Positions 18,637 to 27,566 of a DNA stretch of 60,641 nt are shown here, in pieces. A program made the translations under genes and the position numbers. The stretch comes from a virus (Duplodnaviria > Caudoviricetes), in IMG/VR virus record IMGVR_UViG_3300034737_000014, positions 1-60,641 of that record; one strand, 5' to 3'. The notes below the pieces were generated by a model. The model ran no database searches. It saw nothing but the letters and a program-made list of their open reading frames with translations, and was not told where the DNA came from. The stretch's first letter is position 1; the number at the start of each line of letters is the position of its first letter.

Positions 18637-19167
18637 TCATAATGCTTGCGCCCCTATGTACTTAATTAATACCGGAGGGCGGTATGAAACTGGTTTAAGA
18701 ATCTTCCCGTCAGGACGTTTATGTACTGTGCCGTCCGGTTGAATCTTAGTTAGGTTGCTGGCCATAACTTCGTTGTATCCGCCAACCAAGTCATAGCCAA
18801 GCCCTTCGGCCAAACCTTGCAAGGTAACGATGGTGTCGGCGATGGCATCGAGCATGGCGACGTGGGCATCGGCTACAGTTACCTCATTCCCGTCTTCGTC
18901 ATACACCTTGGTACCAGTACGCAAGGCTAAGATAGCGTTCCATGCTCTGTTCAACTCGACATCGTACTCTTCGCGGACAAGCTCTCGGTACAACAGGGCG
19001 GTGCTGAAGTCAGACGGAGGCTGGTTAGCTGCTTGCATCATGCGGCGAACAGCGGCCATACCTATCTCTTTACGGTTAAATAAAGCCTCATGGGTGAGGC
19101 GTTGGTGGTCTGTTAGTACAGTGGTCAGTCGTTTTCTACAGTCCTGTAGTTTCTCTTTATCGTTCAT
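18637..19167 (-). CDS. MazG-like (all-alpha) NTP pyrophosphohydrolase
   Basis: LVREEY, DAIADTIV, EVMASNLTK and RPDGKILKP. Confidence 0.8.
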   Translation of the reverse strand: MNDKEKLQDCRKRLTTVLTDHQRLTHEALFNRKEIGMAAVRRMMQAANQPPSDFSTALLYRELVREEYDVELNRAWNAILALRTGTKVYDEDGNEVTVADAHVAMLDAIADTIVTLQGLAEGLGYDLVGGYNEVMASNLTKIQPDGTVHKRPDGKILKPVSYRPPVLIKYIGAQAL

Positions 19168-19430
19168 CGTTTCCAGCTCTCGATAATGTTTCGTGCTTGT
19201 TGGTAACCGTCTGGTCCTACGGCCTTGTCCATAACTTCTAATTCCTTATCAGTATAGAAGTATTCTGGATGAAGAAGCCGCGCATTGGCCATATACAAGT
19301 CGATCTTCTCCATGATCTCCCTATAGCGCGGCTCGTTAGTTACTCTGCCTGCCTCGTTTTTGCAGGCTTGTAACAACTTGGCTAAGGCCATCAGCCCTGC
19401 CGACCAAGGGGCGTTGAATGTATGGGTCAT
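19164..19430 (-). CDS. hypothetical protein
   Basis: GGAGG RBS; coupled to the next gene. Confidence 0.55.
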   Translation of the reverse strand: MTHTFNAPWSAGLMALAKLLQACKNEAGRVTNEPRYREIMEKIDLYMANARLLHPEYFYTDKELEVMDKAVGPDGYQQARNIIESWKR

Positions 19431-19514
19431 GTGTGTCCTCCGATGTGGTACAAAATAATTAGTAACAAAAACGCTGCGGCATAAGCCCAGCGTGGTGTAG
19501 GATGGCGGTAGTGG

Positions 19515-19754
19515 TTATCCACCTCTTACCTTCCTCGCCCACTCAATGCGGCGTTGTTCTTCGACGTGGTCGCGTTGGCACTCCTCGTCGCAGTAAAGCT
19601 CTCCCTGCCCGACATCGTTGCCGCAGTAATGGCACGCACCGTTCGGTATCAAGCCTAGGGATGTTGCTCGCTCCTTGTGGGCTGCGAGTGCGTAAGCTGT
19701 TTCGTTCTCCGCCCACATCTGAGCGATGTCGAGAGGGTCTGTGAATCGTTCCAT
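19515..19754 (-). CDS. DksA/TraR-like C4 zinc-finger protein
   Basis: DPLDIA (DxxDxA) N-terminus plus CHYC...CDEEC. Confidence 0.65.
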   Translation of the reverse strand: MERFTDPLDIAQMWAENETAYALAAHKERATSLGLIPNGACHYCGNDVGQGELYCDEECQRDHVEEQRRIEWARKVRGG

Positions 19755-19771
19755 AATAAGTGGCGCTTATC
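19755..19771. promoter_or_regulatory. palindromic operator copy overlapping the RBS of the TraR-like gene
   Basis: AATAAG-TGGCG-CTTATC. Confidence 0.6.
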
Positions 19772-19888
19772 CTTTATAGTTAAAAGAACCCGGGCGTGAC
19801 CGGGGGTTAATTAAATCAAACCAGTTAGATACATTTTACCAACGACTGGGTGAATAGTCACGCCGTTAGGTAACTTACCAACTCGTTA

Positions 19889-20254
19889 CTAAGGTCTAGG
19901 CGCTTTGCAGTGCTGAAGAATATCAGAGATAAGCTGCGCCTTGGTAATTACCTGAGCGTCTTTAGGTAGACGCTTTGGATAATCAGGCCCCTTAAAAACT
20001 GCTACTTCGTTGGGGGATTTACCCCAAACTAACCAGCATGTCCGCCCTTCTTTATTCCTTTCAGTTAGCCATAGCTGTTGCAAAGCCGACGTTTCATGGG
20101 ATGTGCCATACTTATATTCAATCCACAGGTCACCTGTCGGGCCTGAGTAATAGGCATCTGGCACGCCGTTCTGGAAGGCGGCATTTATCTTCCACACGTA
20201 AACCTCCTTAGCTAGTTTACGGTGTACTGATTGAATGAAAGAATGTTCGTTCAT
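19889..20254 (-). CDS. VRR-NUC-like PD-(D/E)XK nuclease / resolvase
   Basis: MNEHSF, GVPD, WIEYK and SALQQLW. Confidence 0.75.
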   Translation of the reverse strand: MNEHSFIQSVHRKLAKEVYVWKINAAFQNGVPDAYYSGPTGDLWIEYKYGTSHETSALQQLWLTERNKEGRTCWLVWGKSPNEVAVFKGPDYPKRLPKDAQVITKAQLISDILQHCKAPRP

Positions 20255-20266
20255 ACGAGTCCTTCA

Positions 20267-20635
20267 TTAAGCAGCAGTGTAAGACATCTTCGGTTCTTCA
20301 ATCCAACGAATACCTGGAATATCGCAGCCTGAGTCACGTAACTCTTTAGCATGAACTGCGGTGAGTCGGCGTTGGAAGAGGTAGCCTGCTCGATTATCGT
20401 AAACGTAGTCATACAAAGCGTCCCAGTCTTCTACTGCCGGGATTTCTTGTAGCTTCATGGACATCGTTAGTCCTTCGGCGGTTACCTTGCTCAATCCTTG
20501 AGAAGACATGAAGTCGATCAGGTCACTCTCTAGGTTAACAAGTTCAGCGTCGATAGCTTTGATCTGTTCGTTGAGGCCTGCTTTGTTAGCGCGTAGCTCT
20601 TTAATGCGGGCAGCTAGGTCTGATAGTGTTGCCAT
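20267..20635 (-). CDS. conserved phage replication-module protein (coiled coil)
   Basis: N-terminal coiled coil, then VEDWDALYDY...LFQRRL...IPGI. Confidence 0.6.
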   Translation of the reverse strand: MATLSDLAARIKELRANKAGLNEQIKAIDAELVNLESDLIDFMSSQGLSKVTAEGLTMSMKLQEIPAVEDWDALYDYVYDNRAGYLFQRRLTAVHAKELRDSGCDIPGIRWIEEPKMSYTAA

Positions 20636-20652
20636 TATGTTCTCCTTAAATA

Positions 20653-20678
20653 AATAAACCCCGCTTATAAAAGCGGGG
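20653..20678. promoter_or_regulatory. degenerate operator copy overlapping a terminator-like hairpin
   Basis: AATAAA-CCCCG-CTTATA at 20653-20669; hairpin ccccgc-ttataaaa-gcgggg. Confidence 0.45.
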
Positions 20679-20697
20679 CGCGAAGGGATGGGTTAGC

Positions 20698-21354
20698 TTA
20701 TTGTTTCATAACCGCTTCAGAAAGTTCTACTAACTGACGCATCGTAGCTTCGTCTGGGACATGGCCGTCAACAGATGCTTCGATAACGTAGCCAACTGCA
20801 GAGCCTTTGCTGTACTTAATTTTCTTAGCAGTCAACTTCCAGATCAACGCCTGGCGAGGCACGTTACCGTACTCCATAACGATTGAAGTGTTCCAGTCAC
20901 GAGAAGCACGTACCGCTGACTTAGAGCTGGCATGGATGATAGCGGCGGCGAGACCAGAATCGCTGTCCGCGCGGACTACAAAGTTCTGGTGGCCTTCTGT
21001 TACCACTGACCCTACGTGTTGTTTGCTTAATGCTTCCGCTTCTTCGCGAGTTAAGCGGTAGCCGAAGTATTCTTGGTTCTCAGAGTCTTCAGATACAACG
21101 CGGAACACTTTACGCATACCGAGGCTATAGACACGGATACTATCGAAGGCTTCGCCAGTTAGGGAGTTGACAAACTTACCGATCTTGGTTGGGTCTTCGC
21201 CAGCGAGTTCAGAAGTAGGTTGTACTAAGGTAATGCTCGGGACGGAAAAGTCCGAAGCGTCCATCTTAGATGTGTCTTTAGCAGAGGCAAAGCCCTGTAA
21301 GAATGAAGGTAATGTGTTAGCAGTTTGCATTGAGTTTGCTAGTTCTTTAGCCAT
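20698..21354 (-). CDS. putative ssDNA-binding/annealing protein
   Basis: Start MAKEL after GGAG; D..VPSITLVQPTS...GKFVNSLTGE pattern and position in the helicase-exonuclease module. Confidence 0.5.
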   Translation of the reverse strand: MAKELANSMQTANTLPSFLQGFASAKDTSKMDASDFSVPSITLVQPTSELAGEDPTKIGKFVNSLTGEAFDSIRVYSLGMRKVFRVVSEDSENQEYFGYRLTREEAEALSKQHVGSVVTEGHQNFVVRADSDSGLAAAIIHASSKSAVRASRDWNTSIVMEYGNVPRQALIWKLTAKKIKYSKGSAVGYVIEASVDGHVPDEATMRQLVELSEAVMKQ

Positions 21355-21359
21355 GATCG

Positions 21360-21530
21360 TAATCTCCAGTACATAAAAATAAAATGACCTCAACTTGAGG
21401 CGCGATGTCTTTCCATCAGTCAAACGTCTTTCCGTTGGTCAGCCTAGACATTACTCGGAGATGTCGTCGGTCACCGCTGTTATTCCTCACCTGCGGCTGG
21501 AGGCCCTCATCAATAAATGATGACTACAAC
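21360..21530 (-). ncRNA. candidate structured 5' leader with tandem GGAAAGAC hairpins
   Basis: Two adjacent 19-nt units, TGACCAACGGAAAGACGTT and TGACTGATGGAAAGACATC, with compensatory stems. Confidence 0.4.
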
Positions 21531-21537
21531 GAGTATT

Positions 21538-21567
21538 ATTATAAGCGTTGCTTATTACTTCCGTCAA
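21538..21567 (-). promoter_or_regulatory. sigma70-type promoter overlapped by an operator copy
   Basis: Minus strand TTGACG-N18-TATAAT; operator TATAAG-CGTTG-CTTATT at 21540-21556. Confidence 0.7.
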
Positions 21568-22319
21568 CCCCCATTACCTACATAATATGGGGCAGGGAAG
21601 TGTTCTGGGTTGTAAAACTCAGGACGCTGAAGTACGTCCTTGTACCAGGGGGCAAGCCCTATAAGCGTGTCGGGCGGAGCAAATGCTGACTTACCATAGG
21701 TCAACATCTTCTCGCCTTCAGCTACCCAGAACTGAGTAGCTTGCTTCATCAGGCGTTTATCGAAGTTGATGATTAAAGGTTTGTGTCCGTCCAGATAGTG
21801 GAAGGCCACCTCACATTCATCAACACCGAATACTTTGTGCAGTACAGCAGCGTAGAGTTGCCCTTGCTGCGTATGCTTTATCTCGTACTTACGCCCTGAC
21901 TTCCAGTCAATAATCTTCGGTGGCAGATCAGGGTGGGTAGCGAGTACGTCCATGATAGCGGTCATGGCTTTACCTTCCCCAGTAGGAAGCCGTTGCCAAT
22001 CCCGTGTTAAGTAGAATGCTTCTTCCGGCAGTAGGGTGTACCCATTTGCCTTAAGGGCGTCTACTACTTCCTTACCTACATCGTGGCAGGTAACTGCTTT
22101 GCCGTGGATGTAGTCCTCGATACCTTGGTGAAGCTCAGTGCCACGGCTGGCGGCACCATTGGATTCACGTCGGATACCTAACACCTCCTGGGCATAGAGT
22201 AGGTAAGGTACCTCCTTCATCAATGACCAGGCAGAGAAGCTCCACTTATTAAGGACTGGTTTCTCTGGCTCGGGCATGTAAGCTTGAAGGAAGCTGGGTA
22301 GTTTATTAGCGTCGAACAA
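21564..22319 (-). CDS. PD-(D/E)XK exonuclease (RecB/Cas4-like)
   Basis: WSFS, RGTELH, IMDV, IIDWKSG and QGQLYA. Confidence 0.8.
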   Translation of the reverse strand: MFDANKLPSFLQAYMPEPEKPVLNKWSFSAWSLMKEVPYLLYAQEVLGIRRESNGAASRGTELHQGIEDYIHGKAVTCHDVGKEVVDALKANGYTLLPEEAFYLTRDWQRLPTGEGKAMTAIMDVLATHPDLPPKIIDWKSGRKYEIKHTQQGQLYAAVLHKVFGVDECEVAFHYLDGHKPLIINFDKRLMKQATQFWVAEGEKMLTYGKSAFAPPDTLIGLAPWYKDVLQRPEFYNPEHFPAPYYVGNGG

Positions 22320-22322
22320 TAG

Positions 22323-23678
22323 TTACTCCTTCAATAGTTCTAACAAGTCCAACTGCTGATCGCGTTTCTGCATCAAGCGTTGGTATAGTTTCTGTTCATA
22401 GGTATTCTCGGCGGCTATCATAATAACCTCGGTGCGTTGGGTCTGCCCGATGCGGTGGTTGCGGGCGTTGAACTGCTCGAACCATTCGGTGTTTGCTACA
22501 GCGCCAGTCCAGATAATTGTGTCTGCTCGCGTCATCGTTAGGCCGTGGCCTGCTGATTTAGGATGGCACAGTACCGTCTGATATTCGCCGGCTTGAAAGT
22601 CGGCAACAATCTTATGGCGGTTCTGGTCTGGCGTGTCGCCGTCGATCACTGCGAAGGTGATACCTTTGCGCTTAAGTACGTCGGACAGGTGGTCACGCTG
22701 CGCTTTGAAAGCGAAGGCAACTAATGAGTGCGCTCGCTCTGCAATCAATTCAGCGATCAACTCATATCGCTCCTCGGACAGGCAGTGTGCGTCATGGTCT
22801 ACGTCGTAAACAAAACCACTGGCTATCTGTAATAACTTCTGAGCTAAGGCTCCAGCGTGTACCGAAGTGGCCATAGTGTCGCCAAGTTCAAGCAATGCGT
22901 TTGCCTTGAAGTCCTCGTAAATCTTACGCAATGACGGCGATAACTCTACCGTCATAGTGCGGAAGGTTCTCTCAGGCAGGTCGACGCAATCTTCCTTAGC
23001 GAAACGGATGATGGTATCCGAGAAGTAAGCAATCAACGCGGAGCGTACCCCGGGTTTCTCCTGCCACTCGGTTACCTTCAATCCGTTAGCAAACCGTTTA
23101 GTTACTGGGGTACATACCTCAGCCCTAAACGCCCCGAACAAAGGTAGCTTATCTGGGCGAACAAACTTTAGCTGCGCCCATAAATCCAGGATAGATTGTG
23201 GGGTAGGGGTTCCGCTCATGCCGATTCGGTTAGGCCAGTGTCTGCCTAGTTTGAGTAGCGACTTGGTGCGCGCGGCTGTGCCTGACTTGAACGCTGTCGA
23301 CTCGTCTACTACGCAGGTGTCGAATAACAAAGCGAGTCCTGGTGTTTCTTCAATCAGCTTAATCGAATCATGGTTAGTGATTACGATGTCATAGCGCGGC
23401 TCCTTTAGTAACGCTAATTTCTGTTTAGCTGTACCAGTAGCTACGGCTGCTTTGAGTTTAGGAGTAAATGTCTTTACGTCCTGGAACCACGCGGCTTTCA
23501 TGATAGACTTGGGGCACAGCACAAGCAGGCGCCTGGCTCTGCCTTCTTGCTTTGCCTTCTCGAACCACCACAGCACGGTGGCGGTCTTACCTGTACCTGG
23601 GTCAGACGCAATGAACGTCTTGCCCTCGGAGGTATCTATGAAGTTAAGCGTGGTTATCTGGTGGGAATAGGGGGTCAT
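22323..23678 (-). CDS. SNF2-like SF2 helicase
   Basis: DPGTGKT, VVDES, MSGTP, SAGHGL and QFNARNHRIGQ. Confidence 0.9.
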   Translation of the reverse strand: MTPYSHQITTLNFIDTSEGKTFIASDPGTGKTATVLWWFEKAKQEGRARRLLVLCPKSIMKAAWFQDVKTFTPKLKAAVATGTAKQKLALLKEPRYDIVITNHDSIKLIEETPGLALLFDTCVVDESTAFKSGTAARTKSLLKLGRHWPNRIGMSGTPTPQSILDLWAQLKFVRPDKLPLFGAFRAEVCTPVTKRFANGLKVTEWQEKPGVRSALIAYFSDTIIRFAKEDCVDLPERTFRTMTVELSPSLRKIYEDFKANALLELGDTMATSVHAGALAQKLLQIASGFVYDVDHDAHCLSEERYELIAELIAERAHSLVAFAFKAQRDHLSDVLKRKGITFAVIDGDTPDQNRHKIVADFQAGEYQTVLCHPKSAGHGLTMTRADTIIWTGAVANTEWFEQFNARNHRIGQTQRTEVIMIAAENTYEQKLYQRLMQKRDQQLDLLELLKE

Positions 23679-23681
23679 AGG

Positions 23682-24089
23682 TTACTCCTTATTATTGTTA
23701 CAGATTCCAAGCATTGCCTTGGCGTGCAGGATTGCCGCCTTCTTACCATATTCTGTAAACGGGTAGCACAAACCATGCGCAACAAGATGTTCATCTACCC
23801 CAGAAGAACAAAATTGTATTCTCATGTATAAATCTGAATGAATGGGAAAAGGAGTGTAGCACACTTCACCACTACTAGGACTGAAAGAAATATCAGGGAC
23901 TTCAACCCCATTGATAAGCTTCATCGGTACTGGTCTAGTTGGGGCTTTGAACTTAACCTCGTCCCAAAACAAAGATTGCATGGGCACGTCATCATAGTAA
24001 TACCCGTCCATAGTGTAAGCTCGTGCAGTACGGAAACGGAACTCTACAGAAATAGGGTAAGTGCTAATAGGGTCTACCATCGCTATCAC
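23682..24089 (-). CDS. hypothetical protein
   Basis: ORF track; INGVEVP motif is common in phage early proteins. Confidence 0.5.
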   Translation of the reverse strand: MIAMVDPISTYPISVEFRFRTARAYTMDGYYYDDVPMQSLFWDEVKFKAPTRPVPMKLINGVEVPDISFSPSSGEVCYTPFPIHSDLYMRIQFCSSGVDEHLVAHGLCYPFTEYGKKAAILHAKAMLGICNNNKE

Positions 24090-24161
24090 CCCCCCACCCG
24101 TAGGTTGGTGAAAATACTTTGTCGCCTACCTTGGCGGCCTCGAAAGTTGTGGTTGTCATAA

Positions 24162-24491
24162 TTAAATCTCCTTGTAGTCTGGTATTGGCATCCAACGTGT
24201 CACGTTATATAAATGATTATTGTCTGCGCTAAACCATTGATCGTACTCTGCTACATATATAGCTATATGGCGCCCTTCTTGAGAATCTAACACTAATACC
24301 TGGATAAAAGAGGGCGGTAATTTATCATTAACGCTATACCAATCTGCTTTTACAGGTGCTTGTTCGGCCCACGGCGCGCGCTGCCACATCTTTTCGTACA
24401 GTACCTTTGCTACTGGGTTCATGAAAGAATCTACGGCGCCTAACATTTCAGCGGTAGGCTCACTTGGTAGCCATTTGTATTGTGCCGTCAT
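24162..24491 (-). CDS. DUF551-like protein
   Basis: PSEPTAEM and WYSVNDKLP...VTRWMPIP. Confidence 0.7.
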   Translation of the reverse strand: MTAQYKWLPSEPTAEMLGAVDSFMNPVAKVLYEKMWQRAPWAEQAPVKADWYSVNDKLPPSFIQVLVLDSQEGRHIAIYVAEYDQWFSADNNHLYNVTRWMPIPDYKEI

Positions 24492-24739
24492 AGCTTTGCT
24501 AACTCCTTCAATGGTTCAATGGATACTGCCATCGAGTTGACAATATCCTTGGCTACGGATATTGATTTAGCCACGGCATCTTCAGGGGTTGGGTGGTTCC
24601 ATCCAGATTCCGCTTGTAGGGTAACGTGACTTATTGTCGCAAACTCTATGACGCAGTAGTACAATCCACTAGAGGTTGTTACTATACGTACTGCGCCGTA
24701 CTGCCGTGCTTCTCTAAACAAGGCTGATAAGTTGTTCAT
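24488..24739 (-). CDS. hypothetical protein
   Basis: GGAGG RBS. Confidence 0.55.
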   Translation of the reverse strand: MNNLSALFREARQYGAVRIVTTSSGLYYCVIEFATISHVTLQAESGWNHPTPEDAVAKSISVAKDIVNSMAVSIEPLKELAKL

Positions 24740-24759
24740 TTAACCACCTCCTATGATCA

Positions 24760-25224
24760 CTACTGGTTTGTTTCTTTAGGCTTCCCTGATGGCCATCCTA
24801 GCGACACTAGGGCACTAACGGCTAGCGTGGCTGGTAAGTTAGCTAGCTTCTCTTCTGGCTTAGGAAAATAACTAGCGAACTCTGGCAGGGCTTTCTCTAG
24901 CTGCTTCAGGGTACGGCACTGATTAATGACGCCTTTTAGGTCTTGCTCCGCTTTCCAGCGTGCCTCCTGCTTTTTAATAATGTCGCTGAATACTTGATTC
25001 GGGTTCGCATCACCTATGACTAACGTTCTCGTATAGTCCCCGACCACACCGTATATAGATTGAACACGTAACGCATTCTTGTTTGTATCGTATATCCGTT
25101 TTATTGGCTCGCTCATAGCGTTATACAGCATCCGCTGCGCTTCATCCTCTGTTAAACTTACAGAAGGAACATCGTCCATAATTGATCGTAGTATGGCCTT
25201 CTTCATATTTTGTGTTAGATTCAT
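24760..25224 (-). CDS. hypothetical protein (possibly Nmad5-like)
   Basis: MNLTQNMKKAIL...CRTLKQLEKALPE...NLPA pattern. Confidence 0.45.
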   Translation of the reverse strand: MNLTQNMKKAILRSIMDDVPSVSLTEDEAQRMLYNAMSEPIKRIYDTNKNALRVQSIYGVVGDYTRTLVIGDANPNQVFSDIIKKQEARWKAEQDLKGVINQCRTLKQLEKALPEFASYFPKPEEKLANLPATLAVSALVSLGWPSGKPKETNQ

Positions 25225-25456
25225 CTTAAGTTACCTTTTAGTTTGTGTCTGTGGTTGATACGTTAATAATGACCGTGGTGTTTTTAGTTATTGCATCAAC
25301 TATAAAGCTTATCCCGAAAAAGAATATCGCTACTGTAGCCATGTATAATGTAGCTAAACCATAGTTCGTAAAGAAGCACAGGTATAGCGACGATACAAAA
25401 AGTAAAAAACGCTACCACATCCACGGCTGTAACATTTTCTAGTAGGTTGAAGGTAT

Positions 25457-25618
25457 TCATTTTTTCACCTCGCATTTGTAAACCTTATCACCCAAATAAA
25501 AGCTGCCTAGCTTATCACAGTTTTCACCTATAGCACAGGCAGACATCGACCACGATAACACCAGCAGTATCGCTGTCACCGCTGCGCCCACAAAAAAAGT
25601 AAATAAAGAATCGCCCAT
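25457..25618 (-). CDS. small membrane protein
   Basis: Start MGDSL after GAGGG; TM segment followed by Cys-containing tail. Confidence 0.45.
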   Translation of the reverse strand: MGDSLFTFFVGAAVTAILLVLSWSMSACAIGENCDKLGSFYLGDKVYKCEVKK

Positions 25619-25635
25619 ATTATTTCCCCTCACAT

Positions 25636-26334
25636 TTATATACTTTTCACTTCTAATATAGCCATTAGTATAGGCTTCCATTTGTTCCACCACTGTAACG
25701 CTTTATCCGCATCACTATCCATAGCGCTGATTTCCTCGTCTGTAAAAGACCACCATTGTTGTTTCGTGTGTTGCTGACATCCTATCTTGATATGGTTATC
25801 AGTTACGGTAATGTCATATGTATCGAAGTCAATACTTAGTACATTGTTGGTAGCAACTGTCTCACCTGCTACTTTTGCACTACTGCATACCCTTGCATCT
25901 CCGGATACCGACGCCCGGCCGTATACCCTCGCGCGGTCATATACACGCGCCTTACCAGATACCTTTGAATTGCCGTATATACTCGCATTACCATATACAC
26001 TCGCAGTGTCGTATACCTCTGCGTTTAGATTTACCCGTGCGTTACCAGCTATTAGTGCATTGTCACGCACTATAGCGTTTCCAGATACCCAGGCATTACC
26101 ACATATACAGGCGTTACCAGATACACGTGCATCACAAGATACGTATGCCTCGTCATATACTCGTGCGTCGTCATATATCCACGCATCATTTTTATGAGAT
26201 AGGTTTGATTCCTTCTCTACAAAACCTCCTAGGTCTCCTTTGTTTACATCAGAAAAAGTACGCAGACTTTTGATTCTATATAACGTAATACCAGATACTA
26301 CTTTGGTTTCCTTGGTTAGTTCAAACTTTTTCAT
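25636..26334 (-). CDS. hexapeptide-repeat (left-handed beta-helix) protein
   Basis: LYRIKS...GDLGGFVEKESNL followed by many (A/S)-x-V-(Y/S)-G-(N/D) repeats; C-terminal IGCQQH. Confidence 0.8.
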   Translation of the reverse strand: MKKFELTKETKVVSGITLYRIKSLRTFSDVNKGDLGGFVEKESNLSHKNDAWIYDDARVYDEAYVSCDARVSGNACICGNAWVSGNAIVRDNALIAGNARVNLNAEVYDTASVYGNASIYGNSKVSGKARVYDRARVYGRASVSGDARVCSSAKVAGETVATNNVLSIDFDTYDITVTDNHIKIGCQQHTKQQWWSFTDEEISAMDSDADKALQWWNKWKPILMAILEVKSI

Positions 26335-27011
26335 GCCGGCACCTCCCACGACCTGCCTGTTTTCTGGTAAGGCGCGTCAGCGAAGAAGATTTCCGCAGTA
26401 AACTCGTTCATCAGGTACTTGGATACAATCCAATCGTCAGTTTCTCGCTCGTGGTACATCCATTCGTACACAATATTTGTGTCTGGTTTGATGCGGTATT
26501 GGATGCCCTCGTACCAAGCAGGATAGGTTTCTTCTATCCATTCACCGTGGGCGTAATACTGAATCTTAGCACCATCACGGTGTGCCTGAATAAGCTCATT
26601 GTGCGGATGAAGGCGGTAGGCCGTAGACTCATCCCATTCCGGCTCAACCCATACACCGTTTCTAATACAGTCGCGGTAGGCGCTTGTTCCAGCGGGCATA
26701 CACTGCCACGCCTGCCCTACTTGGTAAGAGTCAACAAGGTGTTGATGAACGTTATGGTACTTGGCTTCCTCCACTGCGTTACGGTGGCATAAGTCCCATG
26801 CGCCGTTTATGACCGGGGTTGGGCCTCCTGTTTCCACCTCTTCCCAGATGTCTTCGCTGTAATCCTCCCATACCCTATCCATACTGTTCAGACCACACCG
26901 AAAGGGGTTTTGTAAGTTTGCGTCGTAGTAAATTACTACTCCTCTATGGTTTTTGAATCGCTTGCCTTCTAATAAAGCCCGCGCCATTTGTTTTTTGCTC
27001 GTAAATTGCAT
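26331..27011 (-). CDS. hypothetical protein with internal duplicated domain
   Basis: H..L(V/I)...G...Q...P.W.....YR(L/I) occurs twice. Confidence 0.55.
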   Translation of the reverse strand: MQFTSKKQMARALLEGKRFKNHRGVVIYYDANLQNPFRCGLNSMDRVWEDYSEDIWEEVETGGPTPVINGAWDLCHRNAVEEAKYHNVHQHLVDSYQVGQAWQCMPAGTSAYRDCIRNGVWVEPEWDESTAYRLHPHNELIQAHRDGAKIQYYAHGEWIEETYPAWYEGIQYRIKPDTNIVYEWMYHERETDDWIVSKYLMNEFTAEIFFADAPYQKTGRSWEVPA

Positions 27012-27023
27012 ATCAATCTCCTA

Positions 27024-27254
27024 TTAGTGTTTTGATGGATTAAGCTGTTTCCATTCCTTTGTTTCTTTCGCATAGTCTCTAAGGTCATCGTAGTCTATGC
27101 GTACACACTGATGTATGTGCGCCTTCCCTTCCGGTGGCTGCTTATCTGCTATGGCTCTAAGACAGGCTGGTTGATTCGGGTACTGCCCAACCAAGGTGAA
27201 GTCACCATTGGTAACGGACAGGGACAGGATTGTCCACACGACAAGAGTCATCAC
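27024..27254 (-). CDS. small secreted/membrane protein
   Basis: Hydrophobic N-terminus and two Cys. Confidence 0.45.
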   Translation of the reverse strand: MMTLVVWTILSLSVTNGDFTLVGQYPNQPACLRAIADKQPPEGKAHIHQCVRIDYDDLRDYAKETKEWKQLNPSKH

Positions 27255-27550
27255 CAGTTCTCACGGCTGGCGGAATACTCATAGTCGCCTGCCTCGATAG
27301 CGTAGTCATTAAGGTCTTCGACTAGGCTAGCCACGATCTTCTCTTCGTAAGTTTCGTAGAGCGCGTCGCAAATGAACTCGTCAATGCACACCCACTCATT
27401 CTCATCGTGTGGGTTAGTCGTTACGTAGAACTCCATATAGTCAAAAGTGAATGGTGTTGTTTTCAGTTGTCGATAGTTGCTCGGTGCTTCGTCCAAGTGG
27501 TACTTGACCACAAGAAACCCTTTGTGAATCTCGTCGATAAAAGTTGCCAT
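27251..27550 (-). CDS. hypothetical acidic protein
   Basis: Start MATF after GGAG. Confidence 0.5.
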   Translation of the reverse strand: MATFIDEIHKGFLVVKYHLDEAPSNYRQLKTTPFTFDYMEFYVTTNPHDENEWVCIDEFICDALYETYEEKIVASLVEDLNDYAIEAGDYEYSASRENW

Positions 27551-27566
27551 CCTGCTCTCCTTTAAG

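Noticed and set aside
16577-19167. 2-aminoadenine (Z) genome pathway
   Set aside because: No PurZ/adenylosuccinate-synthetase-like or HD-type dATPase ORF is recognisable.
21400-21530. Hammerhead ribozyme (TGATGA and GAAA words)
   Set aside because: The core CUGANGA...GAAA with three supporting stems could not be assembled.
21564-22319. Cas4-like nuclease as a sign of a CRISPR system
   Set aside because: I found no repeat-spacer array or other cas genes; it is a normal replication-module exonuclease and lacks the Cas4 Cys cluster.
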